Source: an uncultured delta proteobacterium (GTDB taxonomy: Bacteria > Desulfobacterota > WTBG01). Taken from it: DNA of 64,000 bases. This document shows positions 11,022 to 21,384 of this stretch, piece after piece (position 1 is the first letter of the stretch; every line of letters begins with the position of its first letter). The DNA lies in the NCBI GenBank assembly GCA_963793865.1, contig CAWCBP010000004.1:128001-192000 (forward strand), read 5' to 3'. The notes beneath the pieces were generated by a model. It saw only the letters and a program-made list of their open reading frames with translations. It had not been told where the DNA came from and searched no databases. A program made the position numbers and the translations under genes.

Positions 11022-12500
11022 ATGGAGGAAATAAGCACCCTGATGGAGCTGCGCAGGAAGAAACTCGAGGAGTGCAGGCTTCTCGGTATCAATCCCTTTC
11101 CCAATGATTTCAGGGTCTCGCACACCGCGGCCGAAATTGCCGGGCGTTTCAGGGAGATGCCGCCCGAAGAGGTGGAGCAGGTGCAGGAGAGGTTCCGCCT
11201 GGGCGGACGCATCATGTCCATGCGCAACTTCGGCAAGGCCGCCTTTGTGCACCTGCAGGACGGCAGCGGCAGGATCCAGGCCTACCTGCAAAAAGGGCTG
11301 CTCAGCGACGGCGACTTCAGCCTGATCAAAAAACTTGATGTGGGCGATTTTATCGGCATCGAGGGCACCGTTTTCGTCACCCGCACCGGGGAGCTCACCA
11401 TAAAAGGGGACCGGCTGAAGCTGCTGGTCAAATCTCTGCGCCCCCTTCCCGAGAAATGGCACGGCCTGTCAAACATTGAAATCCGCTACCGGCAGCGCTA
11501 TCTGGACCTGCTGATGAACCCGGGCGTCAAGGCGGTCTTCCTCAACCGCTCCCGGATCATCAACCTCATACGGACATTTTTGCAGGAGCGGGGATTCGTC
11601 GAGGTGGAAACGCCCATGATGCAGGCCATACCGGGGGGCGCCACCGCCCGCCCCTTTCAAACCTACCACAACACCTACAAGCTCAACCTCTACCTGCGCA
11701 TCTCCCCGGAGCTGTATCTGAAGCGGCTCCTGGTGGGGGGCATGGAAAAGGTTTTTGAAATCAACCGCAATTTCAGAAATGAGGGTGTTTCCACCCAGCA
11801 CAATCCCGAATTCACCATGCTTGAATTCTATCAGGCCTACGCCACCTACGAAGACTGCATGAATCTGACCGAGGAGCTTATCTGCCACCTCGCGCTCAGC
11901 CTGCATTCCGCCCTGCGCGTTCCCTATCTTGAGGGAGAAATAGACTTCACCCCTCCCTGGCCGCGCTTTACCATGGAAGAGGCGATTGTCCATTACGGCC
12001 ATGTGGACCCCGCGGACCTGAAGGACAGCGGGAGGACCCTGCAGGTGCTTCACCGCCTCGGCCTGACCCCCACCGACCCCCGGGACCCGGGAAACTGCAT
12101 CAATGATCTCTTCGAGGAAATCGTGCAGCCCCGCCTCGTCAGGCCGACGTTCATCACCAGCTACCCCACCTCCATCTCCCCCCTCGCGCGGAACAACGAC
12201 GCCGACCCGGACCGGGTTGACCGCTTTGAACTGTTCATCAACGGGCAGGAGATAGCCAACGCCTTTTCGGAGCTGAACGATCCCCTGGAGCAGCACCGGC
12301 GCTTCAAAAACCAGCCCGCGGTCAGGGAGCACGGCGAAGAAGCGGGAAGGCTGGACGAGGACTTTATCGAAGCGCTCGAATACGGCATGCCCCCGGCGGC
12401 GGGCGAAGGCATCGGCATCGACCGCCTGGTGATGCTGCTCTGCAATGCCTCCTCCATACGCGATGTGATCCTCTTCCCCCTGCTCAAGCCTGAAAGGTAA
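11022..12500 (+). CDS. lysS: Lysine--tRNA ligase (class II)
   Basis: LRPLPEKWHGL, RYRQRYLDL, FRNEG..HNPEF, GIGIDRL. Confidence 0.97.
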   Translation: MEEISTLMELRRKKLEECRLLGINPFPNDFRVSHTAAEIAGRFREMPPEEVEQVQERFRLGGRIMSMRNFGKAAFVHLQDGSGRIQAYLQKGLLSDGDFSLIKKLDVGDFIGIEGTVFVTRTGELTIKGDRLKLLVKSLRPLPEKWHGLSNIEIRYRQRYLDLLMNPGVKAVFLNRSRIINLIRTFLQERGFVEVETPMMQAIPGGATARPFQTYHNTYKLNLYLRISPELYLKRLLVGGMEKVFEINRNFRNEGVSTQHNPEFTMLEFYQAYATYEDCMNLTEELICHLALSLHSALRVPYLEGEIDFTPPWPRFTMEEAIVHYGHVDPADLKDSGRTLQVLHRLGLTPTDPRDPGNCINDLFEEIVQPRLVRPTFITSYPTSISPLARNNDADPDRVDRFELFINGQEIANAFSELNDPLEQHRRFKNQPAVREHGEEAGRLDEDFIEALEYGMPPAAGEGIGIDRLVMLLCNASSIRDVILFPLLKPER

Positions 12501-12506
12501 GCCCTG

Positions 12507-13745
12507 ATGCGGAACATACCCTACGAGCTCTTTATCAGCCTGCGCTACCTCAAGGCGCGGAGAAAGCAGGCCTTCGTTTCGGTCATCAGCTTCATTTCCA
12601 TAGGCGGGGTGGCCATCGGGGTGATGGCCCTGATCATTGTGCTGGGCGTCATGACCGGCTTCAGCGATGACCTGCGGACCAAGATTCTCGGGGCCAAGTC
12701 CCACCTGGTCATTTACCAGCTTGGCGCGGGCATGCCCGACTACCGCGAGATAATAAAAGAAGTTAAAACCGTCGCCGGGGTTGAATCCGCCACCCCCGCC
12801 ATGTTAAACCAGGTGATGATCTCCTCCCCCTCCAACACCGTCGGGCCGATGATCAAGGGCATCGACCCGGCAAGCGCCCCCACGGTGACCAACCTCGGAT
12901 CCATCATCAAGGAGGGAACCCTGCAGGACCTGGACAAAGAGCTTCCCTCGGGCCTTCCGGGAATCATCCTGGGCAAGGAGCTGGGGATGATCCTCGGGGT
13001 GGTCACCGGAGATGAAATCAAGGTCATATCCCCCTTCGGCACCATGACACCGGCGGGCATGGCGCCGCGCGCTTCCCGCTTCCAGGTGGTGGGGATCTTT
13101 GACTCGGGCATGTATGAATACGACTCCTCGCTGGCCTACGTCTCGTTGGCGCAGGCGCAGGACTTTTTCAATCAGCCGGACGTGGCCACGGAGATAGAGG
13201 TCAAGGTGGAGGACATATACCGGGTCAAGCAGCTCTCCCTGAAGATCCAGGAGCACCTGGGCGCGCGCTACCAGGTGCGGGACTGGATGGATATGCACAA
13301 GAACCTCTACGCGGCGCTGAAGCTGGAGAAAATGGCCATGTTTATCATCCTGGTGCTGATCATCCTGGTGGCCTCCTTCAACATCGTGGGGACCCTGATC
13401 ATGGTGGTGCGGGACAAGCACAAGGACATCGCTATCCTCAAGTCCATGGGGGCGCAGTCGTTGAGCATCATGAAAATATTCATTCTGGAAGGGCTGATCA
13501 TCGGCCTCACCGGCACCGTGCTGGGCATCCTGGGAGGCTTCGTTGTCGCCGCGCTGCAGAACACCTACCACATCGTCGGCCTGCCGCCCGATGTGTATTA
13601 CATATCCCATCTCATCATAAAAATTACGCCCAGGGATTTGATTTTGGTGACCGTTTCTGCTATAAGCATTAGCCTCATGGCCACCCTCTATCCCTCCTGG
13701 CAGGCTGCACAGCTGGACCCGGCGGAGACACTGCGCTATGAATAA
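12507..13745 (+). CDS. lolE: Lipoprotein-releasing ABC transporter permease LolC/E
   Basis: ISLRYL...F.S.IS N-terminus, GMYEYD, DIAILKSMGA, YPSWQAA...LRYE. Confidence 0.92.
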   Translation: MRNIPYELFISLRYLKARRKQAFVSVISFISIGGVAIGVMALIIVLGVMTGFSDDLRTKILGAKSHLVIYQLGAGMPDYREIIKEVKTVAGVESATPAMLNQVMISSPSNTVGPMIKGIDPASAPTVTNLGSIIKEGTLQDLDKELPSGLPGIILGKELGMILGVVTGDEIKVISPFGTMTPAGMAPRASRFQVVGIFDSGMYEYDSSLAYVSLAQAQDFFNQPDVATEIEVKVEDIYRVKQLSLKIQEHLGARYQVRDWMDMHKNLYAALKLEKMAMFIILVLIILVASFNIVGTLIMVVRDKHKDIAILKSMGAQSLSIMKIFILEGLIIGLTGTVLGILGGFVVAALQNTYHIVGLPPDVYYISHLIIKITPRDLILVTVSAISISLMATLYPSWQAAQLDPAETLRYE

Positions 13746-14487
13746 TCCCCCCCTCAAACAGGCCGGGCCGGCAACGGGAGAGACAATGCTCATTGAGGTG
13801 AAGGGCCTCTGCAAAATCTACGGAATGAATCACAAAACCGTTGAGGCGCTCAAGGATATAAGCTTCTCGCTGGCGGAGGGGGAGCTGGTGACCATCGTGG
13901 GGGCCTCGGGGGCGGGCAAGAGCACCCTGCTGCACCTGCTGGGGGCGCTGGACCATCCCACCTCGGGAGACATCCTCTACCGGGGGGCCAGCCTCTTTTC
14001 CTTAAGCGATGTGCAGCTGGCTGATTTCAGGAACAAAAACGTGGGATTCATCTTCCAGTTTCACTACCTGCTGCCCGAATTTACGGCGCTCGAAAACACC
14101 ATGATGCCTGCTCTTATCAGGGGATACAGTCGGGACGAGGCGCTTGAGGCGGCGGAATCCATATTGACCTTTGTGGGGCTTAAAGACCGGCTGACCCACA
14201 AGCAGTCGGAGCTCTCCGGCGGGGAGCAGCAGCGGGTGGCCGTTGCCCGGGCGCTGGTGCTTAAGCCCGGGATCGTCCTGGCGGACGAGCCCACCGGAAA
14301 CCTTGATTCGCGGACCGGAGAATCCATCTTCGAGCTTCTGGTGTCGCTGAACCGGGATTTGCGCATCACCGTGGTGCTGGTAACCCACAACGAGGGCATG
14401 GCATCAAGGATTCCCCGGCGCATCACCCTCACCGACGGCCGGATGAGCCGCACCCCGGAACCGTCCGCGAGCGAACGAAAGCCATGA
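13738..14487 (+). CDS. lolD: Lipoprotein-releasing ABC transporter ATPase LolD
   Basis: GASGAGKST, GFIFQFHYLL, LSGGEQQR, ADEPTGNLD; start may instead be ATG 13786. Confidence 0.93.
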   Translation: MNNPPLKQAGPATGETMLIEVKGLCKIYGMNHKTVEALKDISFSLAEGELVTIVGASGAGKSTLLHLLGALDHPTSGDILYRGASLFSLSDVQLADFRNKNVGFIFQFHYLLPEFTALENTMMPALIRGYSRDEALEAAESILTFVGLKDRLTHKQSELSGGEQQRVAVARALVLKPGIVLADEPTGNLDSRTGESIFELLVSLNRDLRITVVLVTHNEGMASRIPRRITLTDGRMSRTPEPSASERKP

Positions 14488-17147
14488 TGACCAAGAAACT
14501 TCTTCTGATGGTGATATGCTGCCTGCTGTCAAGCAGCGCCTGGGGCAATGCACCGCGAACGGTTGCCGTCTTTCCCTTTGCGGTTCACAGCCGGGAAAAT
14601 CTCGACTACCTCGGCCAGGGCATAGCCGACATGCTGCTCACCCGCATGGAAGAGGCCGCCGACCTCGTGACCGTTGACAAGCACACCCTGAAAATGGCGC
14701 TGACCCCGGACAGGGGCCCGATGGATGAACGCCTGGTGCGCGAGCTGTCACGCGCGGTGGGGGCGGAGTACGCCATCACCGGCAGCTTCACCAAAATCGG
14801 CGCCGGCGCCAGCGTCGACGCGCTCATCATCGACGCCTCCGGGCAGAAAGAGAACCGGCACGTCTACGTACAGTGCGAGAGCCTGGAGGTTCTTCCCGCC
14901 CGCATCGCCCAGCTCGCGCGGCAGCTCAATCTCACCATACTCGACAAGGAGGTCATTGCCGGCATTGCCGTGCGGGGCAATCGCTACATAGAAAAGGACG
15001 CCATCCTGCTGGTGCTCAAGAGCAAAGAAGGCGACCTCTATGCTCCCGAAGCCCTCCAGGAGGATCTGCGCCAGGTCTACGGGATGGGCTATTTCAGCGA
15101 CGTGCAGATTGAAAGCGAGGATGTACCCGGAGGAAAGCTGGTCACCTTCGCGGTGGTGGAGCGTCCGGTGGTGAGCCAGATCAAGATCCAGGGCAACAAG
15201 CAGATCAAGACGCCGGACATACAGAAGACGCTGGGCGTCAAGCTGGGGAGGGTGCTGGACCAGAACCAGGTGCGGAAAGACGCGGAGGGCATCAGAAAGC
15301 TGTACACGGACAAGGGATATCTGAGCGCCGAGATCGACCACAAGCTCACGCCCTCCGGCGAGGGTGAAACATCGGTGGATTACTACATCCGGGAAAACGA
15401 AATCTCCAAGATTAAGAAAATATCCTTTGTGGGCAATACCCAGATCAAGAGCAAGCAGCTCAGGGGCATCATGGAAACCCGCCAGAAAAACATGCTCTCC
15501 TTCATTACCAGCGCGGGCATATTCAAGGAGGAGGCGCTGCAAAAGGACGTGGAAAAGCTCATGGCCTATTATTACTACCAGGGCTACATCAAGGCCACGG
15601 TGAGCAATCCCGCCGTCACCCACGAGGGCAAGGATATCTTCATCACCATACCCGTTGAGGAGGGCGACCGCTTCAACATCGGCACGGTTGACCTCACCGG
15701 GGACCTCATCCTCCCGCGCGAATCGCTCGCCAAGGACATTTTAGCCATCGAGGGAAAGGTGTTCAGCAGCAATTATCTCAACAAGGACATGGTGAACCTC
15801 CGGGAGCTTTACGCGGACAAGGGATACGCCAACGTGGACATCTCCCCCCTGACCGCGATTCATGACGAGCAGAAAACCGTCGACATCACCTATGACATTG
15901 CCCAGGGAGAAAAGGTCTATTTCGAAAAAATCAACATCACCGGCAACAACCGCACCCGGGACAAGGTGATCCGCCGGGAGGTGAGGGTTGCGGAGGGGGA
16001 TCTGTACAGCAACAGCAAAATCAAGCGGAGCCAGCAGGAGCTTGAAAACCTGGGCTACTTCAAGAAGTCCAATCTCACCACGTCCGCGGGAAGCAGCGGC
16101 AGCAAGGTCAACCTCAATGTGGAAGTGGAGGAAAAGCCGACCGGGTCCATCAGCTTCGGCGCGGGCTACAGCTCCGTGGACAGCCTGGTGGGCATGATCC
16201 AGTTTTCCCAGGAAAACTTCCGGGGCAAGGGGCAGCGCTTTGACATCTCAGCCCAGCTGGGTGGCACCAACCGTTTCATGTTCTCCTTCACCGAGCCCTG
16301 GTTCCGCGACACCCGGTGGAGCGCTGGCTTTGACCTTTACAACATGGAGCGCTGGTACGAGGACTTTGACAGCGAGAGCACGGGCGGGGGCGTTCGCATC
16401 GGGCATCCTATCGGCGAGTACACCAAGTTTAATTTCGGCTATGAATACGAAACCGTCGACGTATCCAACGTGGACGCGGACGCGGCCGTTGAAATTCTCG
16501 AGCAGGAGGGAACCACCGACGTCGGCGCCTTCAACGCTGGGATTATCCGCAACACCCTGGACAACCGCTTTACCCCCCGCAGGGGAACCCTCAACTCCCT
16601 GACCGGGAAGTTTGCCGGGCTGGGAGGGGACAGCGGCTTTGCAACCCTCGAGGCCAGCAGCAGCAGGTTTTTCCCCCTCCCCTGGGATACCGCCTTCATG
16701 ATCCGGGGGACTATCGGTTACATCTTTGGCTATAGCGGTGATGACATACCCATTTTTGAAAAATTCTTTCTGGGGGGTCTGGACAGCCTGAGAGGTTTTG
16801 AAGAGCGCTCGGTCGGGCCCCGGGTAAAGAGAAGCGAATACAACCGTTTCATAACCGATCCCAACGACTACGACGTGGTGGGAGGAGAAAAAGAGCTCTT
16901 TTTCAACTTCGAATACATCTTTCCCATCGTCAAGAGCGCGGGTATCCGGGGGGATATCTTTTTTGATACCGGGAACGCCTACCGGCAGAGCGAAAGCTAT
17001 TTCTCGGATATGCGGAAAAGCGTGGGGGCAGGTATACGCTGGCAGTCGCCCTTCGGCCCCCTGCGGGTGGAGTGGGGTCTTAACCTCTCTCCCAAAGAGG
17101 ATGAGGACAGCAGTCAGATTCACTTTACCATGGGAACCATGTTCTAG
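14484..17147 (+). CDS. bamA: Outer membrane protein assembly factor BamA with an extra N-terminal domain
   Basis: Signal peptide, POTRA repeats, LRGF and SPFGPL motifs, terminal Phe. Confidence 0.95.
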   Translation: MMTKKLLLMVICCLLSSSAWGNAPRTVAVFPFAVHSRENLDYLGQGIADMLLTRMEEAADLVTVDKHTLKMALTPDRGPMDERLVRELSRAVGAEYAITGSFTKIGAGASVDALIIDASGQKENRHVYVQCESLEVLPARIAQLARQLNLTILDKEVIAGIAVRGNRYIEKDAILLVLKSKEGDLYAPEALQEDLRQVYGMGYFSDVQIESEDVPGGKLVTFAVVERPVVSQIKIQGNKQIKTPDIQKTLGVKLGRVLDQNQVRKDAEGIRKLYTDKGYLSAEIDHKLTPSGEGETSVDYYIRENEISKIKKISFVGNTQIKSKQLRGIMETRQKNMLSFITSAGIFKEEALQKDVEKLMAYYYYQGYIKATVSNPAVTHEGKDIFITIPVEEGDRFNIGTVDLTGDLILPRESLAKDILAIEGKVFSSNYLNKDMVNLRELYADKGYANVDISPLTAIHDEQKTVDITYDIAQGEKVYFEKINITGNNRTRDKVIRREVRVAEGDLYSNSKIKRSQQELENLGYFKKSNLTTSAGSSGSKVNLNVEVEEKPTGSISFGAGYSSVDSLVGMIQFSQENFRGKGQRFDISAQLGGTNRFMFSFTEPWFRDTRWSAGFDLYNMERWYEDFDSESTGGGVRIGHPIGEYTKFNFGYEYETVDVSNVDADAAVEILEQEGTTDVGAFNAGIIRNTLDNRFTPRRGTLNSLTGKFAGLGGDSGFATLEASSSRFFPLPWDTAFMIRGTIGYIFGYSGDDIPIFEKFFLGGLDSLRGFEERSVGPRVKRSEYNRFITDPNDYDVVGGEKELFFNFEYIFPIVKSAGIRGDIFFDTGNAYRQSESYFSDMRKSVGAGIRWQSPFGPLRVEWGLNLSPKEDEDSSQIHFTMGTMF

Positions 17148-17273
17148 CAGGCTGTTGAAAAACACCCTGAGAACAGTCATATGCGCTCAGTTGCTTCTCC
17201 GGCAATGACTTTTATGAAAAGCAAAATACATCAGTCGTTGCGAGGAGTCCTTCCCGGACGACGAAGCAATCTC
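17144..17273. repeat. Family A MITE end at the bamA stop, followed by family C units
   Basis: CTAG-CAGGCTGTTGAAAAACACCC; GTCGTTGCGAGGAG...ACGAAGCAATCTC at 17234-17273. Confidence 0.7.
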
Positions 17274-17367
17274 ATATAAAAAGTTTAAAACAATCGGAGG
17301 ATAATTATCTTGTTTTGGACACTAATGCTGTCAGACAATTTTGAATGAACACACAAGGAGAAAGTAC

Positions 17368-17904
17368 ATGAAAAAAGGATGCCTGATAGGTGCTGCTTTG
17401 ATGCTGTCAATGATGATACGCCTTGCCTCCCCGGCGGCGGCCGAATACCGGCTTGCCTACGTGGACCTGCAGAAGGCGCTCAACCTTTGCAAGGCCGGGC
17501 AGGAAGCGAAGGAAAAATTTGCCAAGAAGGTGGAAAAGGCGGAGCAGAGCCTTGCCGGCAGGCAGGAGGAGCTGAAAAAGCTCCAGGAGTCCCTTGAAAA
17601 GCAGGGGTCCATGCTCAATGAAGCGGCATTAAAGGAAAAGAAGAGGGACTATGAGGCAAAGCTCAGGGATTTCAAGCGGCTCTACGACGAGTCCCAGGAC
17701 GAGCTGAAGGCGCAGGACAACGACGCGGTCAAGGAGATCCTTTCCGAGCTGGTGAAAATCACCCAGAGCTACGGAAAGGAGAAAGGCTTTACCTTTGTCT
17801 TTGAAAAGAGCGAGAGCGCCCTTCTCTTCGCCGATGAGACCATGGAAATAACCGACGAGATCATCAAGCGCTACGACGCATCCTATGCCCAGGGCGGCAA
17901 GTAA
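17368..17904 (+). CDS. skp: Periplasmic chaperone Skp/OmpH
   Basis: Signal peptide, LAYVDLQKAL, coiled-coil body, EITDEII; lies between bamA and lpxD. Confidence 0.9.
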   Translation: MKKGCLIGAALMLSMMIRLASPAAAEYRLAYVDLQKALNLCKAGQEAKEKFAKKVEKAEQSLAGRQEELKKLQESLEKQGSMLNEAALKEKKRDYEAKLRDFKRLYDESQDELKAQDNDAVKEILSELVKITQSYGKEKGFTFVFEKSESALLFADETMEITDEIIKRYDASYAQGGK

Positions 17905-17930
17905 GCGGATCGGCACGAGACGGTTGAATC

Positions 17931-18971
17931 ATGCAGACAGTCACGCTCAAAGAGCTGCGGGCACTGGTGGGGGGCGAGATCATCGGCGATGAGAGCCTGG
18001 CCATTTCCGGCATCTCCAGCCTGGATGATGCCGGGGAGGGAGAAATCACCTTCATCGCCAAGCCCGCCTATCTGTCCAGGGCCGGCGCGACCAAAGCCTC
18101 CGCCATCATCGTCTCTCAGGAAATAGAAGCCCCCGGCAAATCGCTGCTCATAACCGCCAACCCCTATCTGGCCTACGCGCAGATAGCCACCCTGTTCCAC
18201 CGGCCCTCCGACCGGCCGCCGGGCATTGACCGGAGCGCCGTCATCGGGGAAGACACCCGCGTCGGGAAGGACGTATCCATCCATCCCCTGGTCGTACTCG
18301 GAAACCGGGTTACCGTCGGCGACGGGGTGGTCATGTACCCCCATACCTTTGTCGGGGACGACTGCTTCATTGACGAGGGGACGGTGCTCTACTCCAATGT
18401 CTCCGTGCGGGAGCGATGCCGCATCGGCAAGCGGGTGATCATCCACGCGGGAAGCGTCATCGGCAGCGACGGGTTCGGATTCGCACCCGACGGCACGCGC
18501 TACCACAAGATTCCCCAGGTGGGAACCGTCCGGATTGATGATGATGTTGAGATCGGCGCCAACAATACCATCGACCGGGGCGCCCTGGGAAAGACATGGA
18601 TCAAGCGGGGGGTTAAAACCGACAATCTGGTTCACATAGCCCATAACGTGGTGGTGGGAGAAGACACCCTGCTGGTTGCCCAGGTGGGCATCTCCGGAAG
18701 CACCGTCATCGGAAACCACGTCACCCTTGCCGGCCAGGTGGGGGTGGTCGGGCACGTGGAAATCGGGGATAACGTCATGGTCGGCGCCCAGACCGGTATA
18801 AGCGGCAGCGTCTCCGCCAACAGCGTCGTTTCCGGAACTCCCCACATGCCGCACCGGGAGTGGCTTAAGGCGTCCCGCTGCTTCCCCCTGCTCCCCCGGA
18901 TGCGAAAAACTCTCAGGGCCCTTGAGGAGCGGATTCTGAAACTGGAGGAAATGCTAAACAAGCACACGTGA
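17931..18971 (+). CDS. lpxD: UDP-3-O-acylglucosamine N-acyltransferase
   Basis: Hexapeptide repeats, GSDGFGF, KIPQVG, IDRG, DNLVHIAHN. Confidence 0.96.
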   Translation: MQTVTLKELRALVGGEIIGDESLAISGISSLDDAGEGEITFIAKPAYLSRAGATKASAIIVSQEIEAPGKSLLITANPYLAYAQIATLFHRPSDRPPGIDRSAVIGEDTRVGKDVSIHPLVVLGNRVTVGDGVVMYPHTFVGDDCFIDEGTVLYSNVSVRERCRIGKRVIIHAGSVIGSDGFGFAPDGTRYHKIPQVGTVRIDDDVEIGANNTIDRGALGKTWIKRGVKTDNLVHIAHNVVVGEDTLLVAQVGISGSTVIGNHVTLAGQVGVVGHVEIGDNVMVGAQTGISGSVSANSVVSGTPHMPHREWLKASRCFPLLPRMRKTLRALEERILKLEEMLNKHT

Positions 18972-18986
18972 ATTGGTAGCATCCAC

Positions 18987-19087
18987 AAATCCGAAGCACG
19001 AAATCCCTGAAATGATGGGATATGCGATTTGTGATGTGGGATGAAAAAATTTTTAATCTCAAATCACAGATCCCACATCACACATCA
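18987..19087. repeat. Heptamer tandem arrays in inverted arrangement
   Basis: aaatccgaagcacgaaatcc; tgggata/tgcgatt/tgtgatg/tgggatg facing atctcaa/atcacag/atcccac/atcacac. Confidence 0.7.
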
Positions 19088-19176
19088 TTAAGTACTGAGA
19101 GACTCACCAGCTTAAGAAAGGTAAGCAATAAGATGCACCTCGTCTAGAAGTTACAACCCCGAGTTGGAGATGGACA

Positions 19177-19617
19177 ATGAAAGACATACAGGAGATCATG
19201 AGTCTGCTTCCGCACCGCTACCCCTTCCTCCTGGTCGACAAAATCCTGGAGATGGAAGAGGGCAAGCGGATAGTGGGCATTAAAAACGTGACCATCAACG
19301 AGCCCTTCTTCCAGGGGCACTTCCCCGGATCTCCCATCATGCCCGGCGTGCTGATCATCGAGGCAATGGCCCAGACCTGGGGCATCCTGGTGCTCTCGTC
19401 CGACCGCGACAAGGCGGGGAGCAAGAACATTCTTTTCCTCGGCATCGACAACGCGCGCTTCCGCAAGCCGGTCTACCCCGGCGACCAGCTCCGCTTTGAG
19501 CTGCAAGCGCTCAACCTGAAGCGATCCATCTGGAAGTTCAAGGGGGAGGCCTTTGTAAACGGAGAGCTGGTGGCCGAAGCGGAGCTCATGGCCACCATCG
19601 CTCAAAAAGAGGCTTAA
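19177..19617 (+). CDS. fabZ: 3-hydroxyacyl-ACP dehydratase
   Basis: [28 protein letters not shown]. Confidence 0.97.
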   Translation: MKDIQEIMSLLPHRYPFLLVDKILEMEEGKRIVGIKNVTINEPFFQGHFPGSPIMPGVLIIEAMAQTWGILVLSSDRDKAGSKNILFLGIDNARFRKPVYPGDQLRFELQALNLKRSIWKFKGEAFVNGELVAEAELMATIAQKEA

Positions 19618-19662
19618 CAACAGGCGATCTCTGCTTTTTAAGATCGCAGGAAAGGCATACGC

Positions 19663-20433
19663 ATGATACATGCAACGGCGATCATCGACGCCACCGCCGA
19701 GCTGGACAGCGGGGTTGAGATCGGACCCTACTCCATCATCGGTCCCCGGGTCAGGATCGGGAAAAATACCCGCATCGGACCGCACGTGGTCATTGACGGC
19801 TGGACGGAAATCGGTGAGGAGTGCACGATTTTCCAGTTCGCCTCCCTCGGGGCTGTTCCCCAGGACCTCAAATACCGGGGGGAGGAATCCCGGGTGATCA
19901 TCGGCAGCCACAACACCATCCGGGAATTCGTCACCATCAACCGCGGGACCTCTCAAGCGGGCGGGGAAACGCGCGTCGGCAGCAACAACCTGCTCATGGC
20001 CTACTGCCATGTCGCCCACGACTGCAGGATCGGAAGCCACGTGGTCCTGGCCAATGCCGCCACCCTGGCCGGGCACATCGAGATGGAAGACCACGCCATC
20101 GTGGGAGGACTGGCGGCAGTCCACCAGTTTGTGCGGCTGGGCAGTTACTGCATCATCGGCGGCTGCTCCGGGGTAAGCCAGGACATCCCGCCGTACATGA
20201 TGGCCAACGGCCAGCGGGCCCAGCTGTACGGATTAAACATTGAGGGGCTGAAGCGGCACCGCTTTTCGGAAGATGCGGTGAGCAATCTGAAAAAAGCCTA
20301 CCGCGTCATCTTCAGGTCGGGTCTCACGGTTGAGAAGGCCCTTGAGCAACTGGAATCGGAGATGCAAAATTCGGCGGAGGTCAACCATCTCATAACCTTT
20401 ATCAAGACTTCAAAACGGGGCATTGCACGCTAG
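19663..20433 (+). CDS. lpxA: UDP-N-acetylglucosamine acyltransferase
   Basis: PQDLKY, IREFVTINRGT, HVAHDC, LAGH, VHQF. Confidence 0.97.
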   Translation: MIHATAIIDATAELDSGVEIGPYSIIGPRVRIGKNTRIGPHVVIDGWTEIGEECTIFQFASLGAVPQDLKYRGEESRVIIGSHNTIREFVTINRGTSQAGGETRVGSNNLLMAYCHVAHDCRIGSHVVLANAATLAGHIEMEDHAIVGGLAAVHQFVRLGSYCIIGGCSGVSQDIPPYMMANGQRAQLYGLNIEGLKRHRFSEDAVSNLKKAYRVIFRSGLTVEKALEQLESEMQNSAEVNHLITFIKTSKRGIAR

Positions 20434-21384
20434 ATGGACAGGTTACCGGTTGCAGTCATCGGCTGCGGCTACCTGGGAAAGTTTCATGCCCAGAAGTACG
20501 CCGCCCATCCTGAAGCCGCGCTGGTGGCGGTGGTGGATACCGACAGCGAAAGGGCGAAGGCCCTGGCCGCAGAAACCGGCAGCAGCGCCCTGAGCGACTA
20601 CCGGGAGCTCTACACCCGGATTCAGGCAGCGAGCGTGGTGGTCCCCACGCCCCTGCACCATGCCATCGCCAAAGACCTTCTGGAGCACGGCATCCACCTG
20701 CTTTTGGAAAAGCCCATGACCGTCACCCTCGCGGAGGCGCAGGAATTAAACCTCCTTGCCCGCGAGCGGAACCTCATCCTGCAGATCGGCCATCTGGAGC
20801 GCTTCAACCCCGCCTACCTGGCCGTGGCGGACAAGGTGAAAAATCCCCTGTTCATCGAGTCCCATCGCCTGAACTCATTCCAGGAGCGGGGGACCGAGGT
20901 TGACGTCATCCTCGACATCATGATCCATGACATTGACCTCATCCTCAATCTGGTCCATGATGAGGTAAAGGCGATCCACGCGGTGGGGATCCCGGTCATT
21001 TCCACCATGATCGACATCGCCAATGCGCGGCTGGAATTCGAGCGCGGCTGCGTGGTGAACGTCACCGCCAGCCGCATATCCGACAAGGGGATGAGGAAGA
21101 TCCGCATCTTCCAGCCCGATGCCTACATTTCCATTGATTTTGCCGCCCAGGGGGTTTCGCTCTACCGCAAGATAGAAGAGGAGGGAAGGATTCCCTACAT
21201 TGTAAGCGAGAAGCTTGCCATCGAGCCCGGAGACTCGCTCCGGGATGAAATCAGGGCGTTCCTCACCGCGGTCAGGCAGCGGAGCGCGCCGCCGGTGCCC
21301 GGTGAGGCGGGGATGCGGGCGCTGAAAGTCGCCCTGGAAATTACCGAACAGATAAAGAACACCACCCGGAGGCTGGTTGAATAG
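20434..21384 (+). CDS. Gfo/Idh/MocA oxidoreductase, GnnA-like (UDP-GlcNAc 3-dehydrogenase candidate)
   Basis: GCGYLG Rossmann motif, EKP, GHLERFNP, DIMIHDID; sits between lpxA and lpxB. Confidence 0.8.
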   Translation: MDRLPVAVIGCGYLGKFHAQKYAAHPEAALVAVVDTDSERAKALAAETGSSALSDYRELYTRIQAASVVVPTPLHHAIAKDLLEHGIHLLLEKPMTVTLAEAQELNLLARERNLILQIGHLERFNPAYLAVADKVKNPLFIESHRLNSFQERGTEVDVILDIMIHDIDLILNLVHDEVKAIHAVGIPVISTMIDIANARLEFERGCVVNVTASRISDKGMRKIRIFQPDAYISIDFAAQGVSLYRKIEEEGRIPYIVSEKLAIEPGDSLRDEIRAFLTAVRQRSAPPVPGEAGMRALKVALEITEQIKNTTRRLVE

